Position numbers and translations under genes: made by a program. 47,536 nt of DNA, taken from assembly GCA_045543375.1 (NCBI GenBank), contig JAZQMI010000040.1, positions 1 through 47,536 on the forward strand. Direction: 5' to 3'. Under the pieces are notes generated by a model, which saw only the letters and a program-made list of their open reading frames with translations, searched no databases and was not told where the DNA came from. Numbering within the stretch: position 1 is the first letter of the stretch; each line of letters starts with the position of its first letter. Source of the DNA: Eubacteriales bacterium. Its GTDB lineage: Bacteria; Bacillota; Clostridia; Oscillospirales; CAG-272. Positions 37,140-46,441 of this stretch are shown piece by piece.

Positions 37140-37249
37140 CCGCTTTTTGCCAAATTGTCACACTTTGGTGGCAGTATTGTTTCAATTTGGTCAAAAAGCG
37201 TTTATATTTGTAGCGTATAATAGTAGCATCAACTGCCAAGGAGATTTTC

Positions 37250-37678
37250 ATGAAACAACGTATTCACCGCCCCCGCCGCCCGTGGCGCGAGCGTCTTTAT
37301 TCCTTTATGATCGGTCGCAACGGTGCCGATGCACTCAGCCGCGGACTACTCATGCTGTACCTGATCGTGTGCGTGCTCAATCTGTTTTTGCGTTCCTATA
37401 TCGTCTACGCACTCGGCTACGCCATCATCATCTATTCGCTGTTCCGCATGTTTTCGCGTAATCTGCCCGCTCGGCGACGAGAAAATGCATGGTATTTGCG
37501 CGTCAAAGGGAAAGTCACCGGCTTTTTCAAGCTGCAAAAGAACAAATGGCGCGATCGCAAAACGCACGCCTACCGCAAATGCCCCGCCTGTAAAAGTGTG
37601 CTGCGCTTGCCCAGACAAAAGGGCAAGCACACCGTCAACTGTCCCCGCTGTCACAATCGTTTTCAAGTCAAAATATGA
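37250..37678 (+). CDS. Small membrane protein with C-terminal zinc ribbon
   Basis: FM.GRNG.D.L, two TM segments, FRMFSRN...R..EN, CPAC...CPRC. Confidence 0.8.
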   Translation: MKQRIHRPRRPWRERLYSFMIGRNGADALSRGLLMLYLIVCVLNLFLRSYIVYALGYAIIIYSLFRMFSRNLPARRRENAWYLRVKGKVTGFFKLQKNKWRDRKTHAYRKCPACKSVLRLPRQKGKHTVNCPRCHNRFQVKI

Positions 37679-37720
37679 GAAAATCCCCCCCGCACGGAAT
37701 GTGCGGGCGGGATTTTCGTT
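37679..37720. terminator. Bidirectional terminator
   Basis: GAAAATCCC..CCCGCAC / GTGCGGG.GGGATTTTC between convergent genes. Confidence 0.7.
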
Positions 37721-37726
37721 TATCCG

Positions 37727-40423
37727 TTATCTGTATCTATCCTTTTTTCTCATATAGAAAATAATAACAAGAAGAATGATAATGATGCAGATCAGAAGGA
37801 TCAGCCAGAACAGCCACATGCAGGGACGCTCCGGCTCTTCGGGTACAACAGGCTCACCAGGTTCGTCGGGCGTCTGCGTAGGCTCAAGCTGAGGGATTTC
37901 CTCAGTTCTGCTTGCACTTCCGCAGGTGGTGCAGGTGTAGGTCTTGACACCGGCAGCCTCCTCGGTCGCCTCGACCGTTACCTCACCCTCGTTCCAGGTG
38001 TGCTCAAGCGCGGGAATGACCTCGGTCTTGACGTAAGCACAGACCGAGCAGGTGTAGGTCTTGGTGCCCTCAACGCCGCAAGCTGCCGGCGTGATCTCCT
38101 CTACCCAGGCGTGTGCCTGCTCGCCGATGCGATCTCCACAGCTGCATGCGATCCAGTGGTGCGTGTCGTTGACCGACCACTGAGCCGAGGATACCGTCTG
38201 GTGCGTGTGTTCAAGCACGGGGATCTCCTCCGTCTTGGTCTCGCGGCAAACGGTACAGATATGCGTCAGAACGCCGGGTGTCTGCTCGGTGGCTGCCGTC
38301 GTGACCGTGCCGGCATCCCAGGTGTGATCGCTCAAGGGGATCTCCTCGGTCTTGGTATAGGCGCAGGCGGTACAGGTCAGCTTCATCGTACCCTTGCTCT
38401 CACAGGTTGCTGCAAGCACAACCTCCTGCTCCCAATCGTGTCCGTTCACGTTGGCGCGTTCGCCGCAAAGGCACTCGTACCAATGCTCAGTATCACTATG
38501 CTTCCACGTGTTGATATAAACGTGCACGTGGCTCAACGAGGGGGTCTCCACCGTCTTGGTGTCACCGCAGTCCAGGCAGGTCAGCAGCTTTTCACCGGTA
38601 GAGCTCTCGGTCGCAGGCTTGGTGACGACACCGTCGTCCCACTTGTGCGCGGTGTACTCCCATTCCAGGCAATCCATGCACTGGTGCTTTTGCTCGTTCT
38701 CGTCTACGCTCGACCACTCACCGTAGTTGTGAGGTGCCTTGCTGCCGTACTCGCTGTGACAAGCATCGCAAATTGCCTTTGCCGAACAGGTGGCCTGTCC
38801 ACCGGCATGCTGCTCGCGTCCGTCCGTTGCGTTACAGCCATCGCGCAGACACTCGTAGTAATGGTAGTTGACGTTGGAGGAATACGTCGTTGCGAAATCG
38901 TGACCCAGCTCGGTGCCGTAGCTGAACGTCTCGTCGCCCTTGTGACCGCATGCGCAGCTCTTATAATACAGTGCTGCCTGCGTGCAGTTTGCCTCGGACT
39001 TCAGATATTCGGGCTTAGCGACCTCTTGGTCGTGAACGTGATCGGCAAGCGCACCGTAGGATTGTCCGCAAGCGTCACACACCGCCTGTGCAGAGCAGGT
39101 CGCCTGACCGCCCGCATGCGCGCCGCGACCGTCGGTCACGGTACAGCCGTCACGCAGGCACTCGTAGTAGTGCTCGGTATCGTTGGAGGTGTAAGTCTTG
39201 GAGAAATCGTGACCACGTGCCGTGCCGAACGTAAAGGTTTCGCTCGTTGTCTCACCGCACACGCAGCTCTTGTAATATACGGCCGCGTGCTCGCAATCCG
39301 CAGCACTGACCAGGAAGGCGTCGTCTACGACTTCCTTATAATCGTGAGGCAGCGGAGAGCCGACCGTAAACGTGTTGGTATCTGCCAGACCACAAGCCGA
39401 GCAGCTAAAGTAGTAGCTGGCTGCGTTTTGGCAATCAGCCGCACTTGCCAGATATTCGTCGGCCACGACCTGCGCATCAAACTCGTGAGTCAGCGGCGCA
39501 CCGACCGTGAACGTGTTGGTGTCTGCCAGACCGCAATCCGGGCAGCTGTAATAGTAGGTAGCGGCGTTGTAGCAATCCGCGGCGCTTGCCAGATAGGCTT
39601 CCGTCGCGATTTCGGCGTCAAAGGTGTGAGGCTTGCTCTCTCCGTCGCCGCATCCCGAGCAGACCTTCTCATGCTCGCCCGTTTCTCCGTTCGGAGTCCA
39701 GTTACCGTAATTATGAGGCTCGCTCTCTACGCCGTGGCAGACAGTGCACTCGCGCTCGTGCTTTTGCGAGCCCTTATAGATCCAACCGTCATACTCACCC
39801 ACATAGGTGTGAGGAACCGGTGCAAGCAGCTCACCGCCGCTCGTGTAGGTGTCACAATCGGGGCAATAGATGCCGGCTGCATTGCCCTGCCCCTGGCAGG
39901 TCGAGGGCTCGGCGTCCTTGTAGTAAGCGTTGGCGTGGGGGCAAGTGACGGTCAGCGTTGCCGTCGTCGTGGTCGTGCAGGAAACGGCGGCACCGGTGGC
40001 ATCCTGCAGTCCAGTCATTGCACAACTGATCTGGGTCTGTTCGAGTGCCGCAGTATCCAACACCCTGAAGGTTACCGTCAGAATGGTACCGTTTACATTG
40101 CCGGAAGCGGGAAAACCGTTCATACCGAGGAAAGCAAATACAGCCAATCCGGTAGACGGATCGAAGGATGCCATCATGGTGTTAACGTGAACGGTGCCAC
40201 TCACGGGCTCGAGTACGTTCGGATCGTAAATCATTTCAATTCCACCGGACTTCAGGTCGGGAGCGCCGGAAAGTGTGACCGTAACCGTCACGGTTTCTCC
40301 GCGGCCGGCACCGGTCTTATCAACGCTGACATCAGCCGTTGCCGCAGAGTTGGCAAAGGCAGGAAAAGCCGTCAAAGCAAGCACAAGCATTACGATAACA
40401 CTTGCGAGTAAAAATTTTTTCAT
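37727..40423 (-). CDS. Membrane-anchored cohesin-domain protein with Cys/His-rich repetitive stalk
   Basis: Signal peptide (AFA); cohesin pattern GETVTVTV.L...IYDPNVLE...GTIL.VTF.V.D.A; ~19 H..C/CxxC modules; C-terminal TM plus RKKDRYR. Confidence 0.82.
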   Translation of the reverse strand: MKKFLLASVIVMLVLALTAFPAFANSAATADVSVDKTGAGRGETVTVTVTLSGAPDLKSGGIEMIYDPNVLEPVSGTVHVNTMMASFDPSTGLAVFAFLGMNGFPASGNVNGTILTVTFRVLDTAALEQTQISCAMTGLQDATGAAVSCTTTTTATLTVTCPHANAYYKDAEPSTCQGQGNAAGIYCPDCDTYTSGGELLAPVPHTYVGEYDGWIYKGSQKHERECTVCHGVESEPHNYGNWTPNGETGEHEKVCSGCGDGESKPHTFDAEIATEAYLASAADCYNAATYYYSCPDCGLADTNTFTVGAPLTHEFDAQVVADEYLASAADCQNAASYYFSCSACGLADTNTFTVGSPLPHDYKEVVDDAFLVSAADCEHAAVYYKSCVCGETTSETFTFGTARGHDFSKTYTSNDTEHYYECLRDGCTVTDGRGAHAGGQATCSAQAVCDACGQSYGALADHVHDQEVAKPEYLKSEANCTQAALYYKSCACGHKGDETFSYGTELGHDFATTYSSNVNYHYYECLRDGCNATDGREQHAGGQATCSAKAICDACHSEYGSKAPHNYGEWSSVDENEQKHQCMDCLEWEYTAHKWDDGVVTKPATESSTGEKLLTCLDCGDTKTVETPSLSHVHVYINTWKHSDTEHWYECLCGERANVNGHDWEQEVVLAATCESKGTMKLTCTACAYTKTEEIPLSDHTWDAGTVTTAATEQTPGVLTHICTVCRETKTEEIPVLEHTHQTVSSAQWSVNDTHHWIACSCGDRIGEQAHAWVEEITPAACGVEGTKTYTCSVCAYVKTEVIPALEHTWNEGEVTVEATEEAAGVKTYTCTTCGSASRTEEIPQLEPTQTPDEPGEPVVPEEPERPCMWLFWLILLICIIIILLVIIFYMRKKDRYR

Positions 40424-40470
40424 ATTGGTCTCCTTCGTATATGTTTTTATATCGCACACATTTTAACGCG

Positions 40471-43400
40471 TTACGTCAGCGGATATTGCGCGGGGAAGAA
40501 CGTGTGGAAAAGCAGGTAGATCGCATCGTCCATCGTCACATCGCCATCGCGATCGTAATCACAAGGCTGCTCAACGGGATACTGCGACGGGAAGATGGTA
40601 TAGAACAGCAGATAAATAGCATCTTCCATGCTCACTCCCTCCACGCCGTCGATGTCACCGGGAACGTAGGGCGTGATCTCCACAAACTCTCTGCCGTATT
40701 TCTCGGCGTAAGCCTGTGCGGTCGAGTCGGCGTAGCCGTAGATCACGGCAGTCGCGCTGATGGTATCCTCGGCATCGAAGATATCGACCTCATTCGAACG
40801 GATGGTGATCTTGGTCAAGCCGTCGCAATCGGCAAAAGCAGACTCGTCGATGCTTTCCACAGCCTCACTGATCGTGATCTCCTCAAGAGCATCGCATCCG
40901 TAAAATGCGCCGTATCCGATTGCCGTCACAGCGTCGGGAATCACGATGGAGGTCAGGCAGCTATAGGCAAACGCCGCATCGCCGATCACCGTCACGGTGC
41001 CGTTATTGGGAATCACGCTCGACTGACAACCTGCGATCAGCGTAGCCGTTGCGACTTCGATGATGCAATTCTGGGCGGAGTAGTAAACGGGGTTGCCCGC
41101 TGCTACGGTCAGGGTGGACAAGTTTTGAGCGCAAAGCGCGGCAAGGCCGATGTGGGTAACGCTCTTGGGAAGAGTAAAGGAGGTCAGTCCGGTTTCGAAG
41201 AAGGCACCTTCGCCGATAGAAACGATCGAACCGGGAAGAATGACCTCGGTCAGCTCAGCCAGACCCTCGAACGCGTAATCGCCGATCTCGGTAACGGGCA
41301 AGGTGAAGTAAGTTGCGGGAACGGTAACCTTCGTTTCCGTACCCGTGTAGCCCGTCAGCACGTACGCCGTACCCTGGGCGTTCAGCGCAAATTCCAGACC
41401 GTCAAGTGCTGCAAACGTGCGGTTGTACTTGGTCGCGTATTTCTCTGCGGTCGAACCAAGGTAACCGTAGATTGCCACGCCGGACGGGATGGTATTTTTG
41501 CTGTCCTCCAGAATAACCGTAGAGGAAAGCAGTGTAATACTTTGCAGCGTTACGCCATCGGTAATGGCCGTTGTGGTGGTGGCATTGGTGGGGGCCGCCT
41601 GCATGCCGCGAGGAACAAGAATGTCGGGAGGAAGCTCAACGGTGCCACCGCCGCCCTGCGAGTTGGTCGCAAACGCGCTCTTGGTCACGCGCACAACGGG
41701 AAGGCCGGCATAGACCTCGGGAACGATCACGTGCACGTCCGTGCCCTCGTAGCCCGTGACGCTGTACTGCGTGCCCGCAGCGTTGAGCGTGTAGACGAGG
41801 CCCTCAGTGCCCAGCGTAAGATCGGGCTGCTCGGGTTCGGGTTCGGGCTCGGGCTCCAACGCCTCGAAGACTCTGCCGTTCATTTCAGCGTACGTCTGAG
41901 CCGTTGAGCCCATGTAGCCGTGTATGGTGGCACTTGCCGAAATCGTATTGGCACTTTGATCGATATCCGCATGCGGGGACAAGAACGTGATGCTTTGGAG
42001 CTCGCTACAGAAGAAGGCCATCAGATCGACGCTCTTCACCTTTGCGGGAATGACGATCTCGGTAATGGCAGTAGAGGCGAATGCATTCATTCCGATCACG
42101 TTAAGGCTTTCGGGAAGGGTGACGCTTGCAAGATTCATACAGTTTGCAAATGCGTTGTCTCCGACGTGCGTCACGCCCTCGGGAATGACGACCGATTCGA
42201 TCTCGTAATCTTCGGAAAAAGCAGAGTCGCCAATGGAGGTCACGCTGCCGTCCGCAGGGATCTCAAAACTGCCGTATCCAAGCAGCAACATACCGCTCTT
42301 GTTTTCAATCAGACAGTTGCCGACGACGGTGTATGCCGAGTTTTCAGCGTCGACCGTAAAGCTCGTCAAAAAGTCCATACCCTTAAAGGCCAGTTCACCG
42401 ATCTCGGTCACGCTGGCGGGAAGATGAACGCTTTCGATGCCGCAGCCCGAGAAGGCTCGGATACCAATGCTCTCCACGCCCTCGGGAAGCGTGATCTCAG
42501 TGATCGCGGAATTGCAGAAAAATGCGTAAGCGCCGATGCGCTTGATGCTTCCGTCCGTCGGAATCACGCAGTCGGGCGTGCCCAGAAGCAGCGTTTGGCT
42601 GTCCAGCTCGATCAGGCAACCGTCCGTGACGGCGTAGGCGGTATTGCCCTCAGCCACCGTCAAGGTTGTCAGCTCCTTGCAGGCATAGAAGGCGCCCTCT
42701 GCAATCTTGACGACACCGCTCGGGATCTCAACGCTTTCGAGCCCGTAGCAGGAATCAAACGCGTAGCAAAGAATGATCCGAGTATCCTCGTGAATCGTAA
42801 GGGAACCGGTCACCTCCGCGGGGGCCAACACCAACGCATGGTACGGATTTGATTCGTTTCCAAGATACAGCGAGCCCTCATAAGTATGGAAGCCCAACGA
42901 CGCGCAATCGTCAAACGCATGCTCCTCAATGTCCGTCATGGTGTTGGGGATCGAGATATCCGTCAGTGCTTCACAGCCGCAGAAGGCATATGCGCCGATG
43001 GACGTCACGCCCTCGGGGATCACAAGGGAAGACAACTGATCGCAGCTGTAGAAGGCATACGCGCCAATGCTCTTGACGCTGCCCGGAATTTCAACACTTT
43101 CAACGTTGGAAATGCTGAAAGCCCAATCGTCGATGGCCGTTACGGGCAGGTCCTGATAAGTAGCGGGAATGACAAGCTCGGTCAAGGAACCGTAATAGCT
43201 CTTGACGACGTAGCTCTGCTCGTCGTCACCGAGCACGTAGGCGATGCCCTGCTCGTCGGTCAATATCTCCTCCTGCTCGGGCGGTGCGGGCGTATCCCCG
43301 GCGTTTCCGCCCTCTCCTTGATCGGGAGCGGTACCGGTATTATCGTTCGCGCCAGCATCACCCTCGGGGGTATCCTGCGCGTTGCCCGGAGGTGTCGGAG

Positions 43401-43533
43401 CAACGGGTTGCGTTGTGTCGTTCGCGTCGGGCTGTGTGTCCTGGGCGCTGACACCAAGTGTAAGGCTTGAGGTAAGTAGCAATGCAAGCGCCAAAAGGAC
43501 GCTACAGAGCTTTCGGCTATTTCTGCTTTTCAT
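40471..43533 (-). CDS. Secreted BspA-type leucine-rich repeat protein with C-terminal dockerin
   Basis: Signal peptide; many IP.xVTxIGxxAF repeats; C-terminal duplicated GDIDG..GVSMEDAIYLL / DYDRDGDVTMDDAIYLL. Confidence 0.88.
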   Translation of the reverse strand: MKSRNSRKLCSVLLALALLLTSSLTLGVSAQDTQPDANDTTQPVAPTPPGNAQDTPEGDAGANDNTGTAPDQGEGGNAGDTPAPPEQEEILTDEQGIAYVLGDDEQSYVVKSYYGSLTELVIPATYQDLPVTAIDDWAFSISNVESVEIPGSVKSIGAYAFYSCDQLSSLVIPEGVTSIGAYAFCGCEALTDISIPNTMTDIEEHAFDDCASLGFHTYEGSLYLGNESNPYHALVLAPAEVTGSLTIHEDTRIILCYAFDSCYGLESVEIPSGVVKIAEGAFYACKELTTLTVAEGNTAYAVTDGCLIELDSQTLLLGTPDCVIPTDGSIKRIGAYAFFCNSAITEITLPEGVESIGIRAFSGCGIESVHLPASVTEIGELAFKGMDFLTSFTVDAENSAYTVVGNCLIENKSGMLLLGYGSFEIPADGSVTSIGDSAFSEDYEIESVVIPEGVTHVGDNAFANCMNLASVTLPESLNVIGMNAFASTAITEIVIPAKVKSVDLMAFFCSELQSITFLSPHADIDQSANTISASATIHGYMGSTAQTYAEMNGRVFEALEPEPEPEPEQPDLTLGTEGLVYTLNAAGTQYSVTGYEGTDVHVIVPEVYAGLPVVRVTKSAFATNSQGGGGTVELPPDILVPRGMQAAPTNATTTTAITDGVTLQSITLLSSTVILEDSKNTIPSGVAIYGYLGSTAEKYATKYNRTFAALDGLEFALNAQGTAYVLTGYTGTETKVTVPATYFTLPVTEIGDYAFEGLAELTEVILPGSIVSIGEGAFFETGLTSFTLPKSVTHIGLAALCAQNLSTLTVAAGNPVYYSAQNCIIEVATATLIAGCQSSVIPNNGTVTVIGDAAFAYSCLTSIVIPDAVTAIGYGAFYGCDALEEITISEAVESIDESAFADCDGLTKITIRSNEVDIFDAEDTISATAVIYGYADSTAQAYAEKYGREFVEITPYVPGDIDGVEGVSMEDAIYLLFYTIFPSQYPVEQPCDYDRDGDVTMDDAIYLLFHTFFPAQYPLT

Positions 43534-43577
43534 ATCTTTGCCTTTCCTTTCCGTGGTTATATAGTTATACAAATTAT

Positions 43578-43606
43578 ATTATAGCATAGCGCTGCCGCTT
43601 TGTCAA
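43578..43606 (-). promoter_or_regulatory. Consensus sigma-A promoter of LRR-dockerin/cohesin operon
   Basis: Minus strand TTGACA-N17-TATAAT with TG. Confidence 0.85.
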
Positions 43607-43813
43607 CCGCGATTTGCACGGTCGGAAAATTTGTTTTCAGAAAATTCGCAGCCCAAAAATATAACAAAAAGTAGGAATATTATCTTAATTTTGTTTTATT
43701 TTGCATGCACATCACATATGAAATCGTCGCTTACATCACGCACTTCCGTCGGTGTTGTGCACAAAGCACGGTGAAAAAAGCAGTTTTGTTTTGATTTTTT
43801 GTATATTTTAGAC

Positions 43814-43853
43814 TTGACAAAGCATATCTTGATATGGTATAATGTGTTATAAT
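43814..43853 (+). promoter_or_regulatory. Strong sigma-A promoter(s) pointing into an ORF-less region
   Basis: TTGACA-N18-TATAAT with TG, plus second TG-n-TATAAT at 43845-43853. Confidence 0.7.
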
Positions 43854-43859
43854 GAAAAA

Positions 43860-44245
43860 CTCGTAAATGCGACTTTTTTAATCTATTGCGTTTTCACGTG
43901 ACGCATAAATTTCAGTCGTCCGCCCGTGGCGGACACCTTCAAAGCAGAAGTTCACGCAGCGAAGCACCCGATCCTCGGAACACGGACTTGCAACACCGTG
44001 CTCCGCGCAGGGCATCAGAACCCAAGACCTTACGGTGCTACCGTTCGGGCAGATGGCAACCAAGGGACGGATTTGCGCACGCGCAAGCCGATGATAAGAC
44101 TTATCTCCTTCTCATCATCGGACCGTGCTTCGCTTGAGCTTATTTGTCTGCCGCTCCGTGCATACCCTCCATTTTCTGCACGGAGTAACGGCAAATCATA
44201 CATCAAAACAAGCGGCGACGTCAGACGACGTCGCCGCTTGTTTTT
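43860..44245. ncRNA. Candidate structured non-coding RNA, family unassigned
   Basis: At least seven stems incl. long-range AGCGAAGCAC/GTGCTTCGCT; lies between a promoter and a terminator; no ORF with a usable RBS. Confidence 0.5.
44205..44245. terminator. Bidirectional intrinsic terminator
   Basis: AAAACAAGCGGCGACGTC / GACGTCGCCGCTTGTTTT. Confidence 0.88.
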
Positions 44246-44247
44246 CG

Positions 44248-45687
44248 TTACAAAATCATTTGCTCTTGCCCACGCTCAAGCTTTTTCTTGACAATGGCGA
44301 CCATAATAAAATGTGCCGTCAAGGTAATGATCCAAGAAACGGGGTAAGACAGGAACAGGCACTCGATGGTGTGCCACTTTTGGAAGATGGTCAGGATCCA
44401 CACCACGCGCAAAGCGCATGCACCCGTCAGAGAGATCATCATGGGCATAAAGGTCTTGCCCATGCCGCGCAGCACGCCGCAGCCGACCTCCATGATGCCG
44501 CACAGGAAATAAGTCGTGACGATGATGCTCATACGCAGCATGCCGTAGTCGATGGCAGCGCTCTCATCGACGAAAAAGCCGAGAAGCGGGCGACCGAAGA
44601 TGAGCACGATGGCACCCATAGCAGCGCCTGCCGCCACGGTCAGCCCGATGCAAGAGAAAATAACGCGATTGATGCGTTCGAATTTGCGCGCACCGACGTG
44701 CTGACCGACAAAGGTGATAGCCCCTTGGTAAGCCGCGTTTTGCGCGGTGTAGACGAAGCCCTCCACGTTGCTCGCAGCAGCGCTGCCGTTGACCAGTGCC
44801 TCAACGCCGAACGACTGGATCGAGGACTGAATGAGCACGTTGGAAAAGCTGAACAGCACGCCCTGAACACCTGCGGGGATACCGATCTTGAGCATGAGTG
44901 CAACCTTTTCGCGCTTGATGGTCAGATGGCGCAGCGAAAGGCGGCAGGAATCCTTGACGAAGAAGGTCATGTAGACGACCGTCATGATGGCGGCCAGATA
45001 CTGCGATGCTGCCGTGGCGATGCCCACGCCCACAGCACCCATGCCAAAGCCAATGACCATCCAAAGGTTCAGCAGCACGTTGGCAAGTCCCGAGATACCG
45101 AGAAAGATGAGCGGACGCACCGAGTCACCCTTGGCGCGCAGCGCCGCAGCGCAATAGTTATACACCATGATGCCGGGCACACCGACCATATAGGCCTTGA
45201 TATAGGGCACCGCCTCGACCATGATACCGTCGAGCGTTCCCATCATGCGCAGTGCCGGCTCGGATATGAAAAAGCCCAGAACGCCGACCGCCACGCCCAT
45301 GATCAGCGACAGCGAAAAGGCGGTATGTACGACGTCGGAAACGTCTCGGTCGCGCTTGGCACCCGTGTACTGCGCCACGCTGACGCTGACGCCCGTGGCA
45401 AGTCCGATGAACAGGTTAACGATGAGGTTGATGAGCGAGCCACACGAGCCGACCGCTCCCACGGCCGTATCGGTGGCAAACTGCCCGAGCACGATCATGT
45501 CGGTGGCGTTATATAACAGCTGCAGCATGCTTGAGAGCATGAGTGGCAGGCAAAATGCGATCAACTGCGGCAAAATAGGACCTACGGTCAGATCCTTTTT
45601 GGGCTTGCTTCGATAGGTTCTGTGCCGACGGTGGAGCGAGGCCATGGCCGACGGCGGTCCAAAATGAAAGGGTGCGCTTCTTTTCAT
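44248..45687 (-). CDS. MATE family efflux transporter
   Basis: DLT.GPI, LQLLYN..D..VLG, LRAKGDS.RPL, VGQ.VGA, G.LRGMG; 12 TM pattern. Confidence 0.95.
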   Translation of the reverse strand: MKRSAPFHFGPPSAMASLHRRHRTYRSKPKKDLTVGPILPQLIAFCLPLMLSSMLQLLYNATDMIVLGQFATDTAVGAVGSCGSLINLIVNLFIGLATGVSVSVAQYTGAKRDRDVSDVVHTAFSLSLIMGVAVGVLGFFISEPALRMMGTLDGIMVEAVPYIKAYMVGVPGIMVYNYCAAALRAKGDSVRPLIFLGISGLANVLLNLWMVIGFGMGAVGVGIATAASQYLAAIMTVVYMTFFVKDSCRLSLRHLTIKREKVALMLKIGIPAGVQGVLFSFSNVLIQSSIQSFGVEALVNGSAAASNVEGFVYTAQNAAYQGAITFVGQHVGARKFERINRVIFSCIGLTVAAGAAMGAIVLIFGRPLLGFFVDESAAIDYGMLRMSIIVTTYFLCGIMEVGCGVLRGMGKTFMPMMISLTGACALRVVWILTIFQKWHTIECLFLSYPVSWIITLTAHFIMVAIVKKKLERGQEQMIL

Positions 45688-45784
45688 GATATTCCTCCAA
45701 GGGTGACATTCCAAAACGTCACCTACAACATTACCTATTATACACCCTTTCGCATGAAAGTCAAGGGTCGCGGCAACAATTTCA

Positions 45785-45813
45785 TTGACAAAATGCATAT
45801 TTCATGTTAGAAT
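45785..45813 (+). promoter_or_regulatory. Sigma-A promoter (extended -10)
   Basis: TTGACA-N17-TAGAAT with TG. Confidence 0.75.
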
Positions 45814-45868
45814 GATAACACCATAGCGGCAGCGTGCTCTGCCGCGCTGTTTTGGGAGGATTCCACTC

Positions 45869-46411
45869 ATGATTTTGATGTTTTTGGCAAACGGTTTTGA
45901 GGAGGTCGAGGCGCTCACCCCGCTCGATCTACTGCGTCGCGCAGGCGAGCGCGTCGTGACGGTCGGTATCGGCGGCCGAGAGATCACGGGCTCGCACGGT
46001 ATCACGGTGCTTGCCGACACGGACGACGCTCATCTGCCAGAGGAGGCGGCCGATATGGTCGTTTTACCCGGCGGCATGCCCGGCGCGTCCACGCTGGACG
46101 CATCTTCCGTGGTGGAGCGCGTGCTTGCCGACGCCGCCGCGCGTGACGCGTTTCTGTGTGCCATTTGTGCCGCGCCCATGATCCTTGGCAAGCGCGGTTA
46201 TCTAAAGGATAAGCAGGCGACCTGCTTCCCCGGCTTTGAGCAATATCTTGACGGTGCGACTGTCCGCCGTGACGTCGGTGTTGTGCGCGACGGCAATCTC
46301 ATCACGGCCGCCGGTATGGGCGTCGCTTTGGAATTCGGACTTGCGCTCGTGGCAGCATTGCAGGGCGACGAGGTCGCTGCCAAGCTGCGCGCGACCGTTC
46401 AGGCAAAATAA
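45869..46411 (+). CDS. DJ-1/PfpI (YajL/ThiJ-like) deglycase/glyoxalase family protein
   Basis: GFEEVEA..P.D.LRRAG, LPGGMPG, AICAAP, ATCFPG, DGN.ITA.G.G. Confidence 0.93.
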   Translation: MILMFLANGFEEVEALTPLDLLRRAGERVVTVGIGGREITGSHGITVLADTDDAHLPEEAADMVVLPGGMPGASTLDASSVVERVLADAAARDAFLCAICAAPMILGKRGYLKDKQATCFPGFEQYLDGATVRRDVGVVRDGNLITAAGMGVALEFGLALVAALQGDEVAAKLRATVQAK

Positions 46412-46441
46412 TCAAATCCAACATCGACACAGAAAGGAGAG

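Noticed and set aside
37727-40423. Multiheme cytochrome c (CTVCH, CDACH)
   Set aside because: Only two CxxCH among many CxxCG-type modules; chance variants of the repeat, no maturation genes seen
38000-42852. Plus-strand ORFs of 803, 501 and 310 aa
   Set aside because: Antisense shadows of the cohesin and LRR genes
43878-44291. Small ORFs 43878-44063 (-), 43886-44137 (+), 43926-44291 (+)
   Set aside because: Non-ATG starts without RBS, no motifs; one runs through the terminator; the region is better explained by base-paired structure
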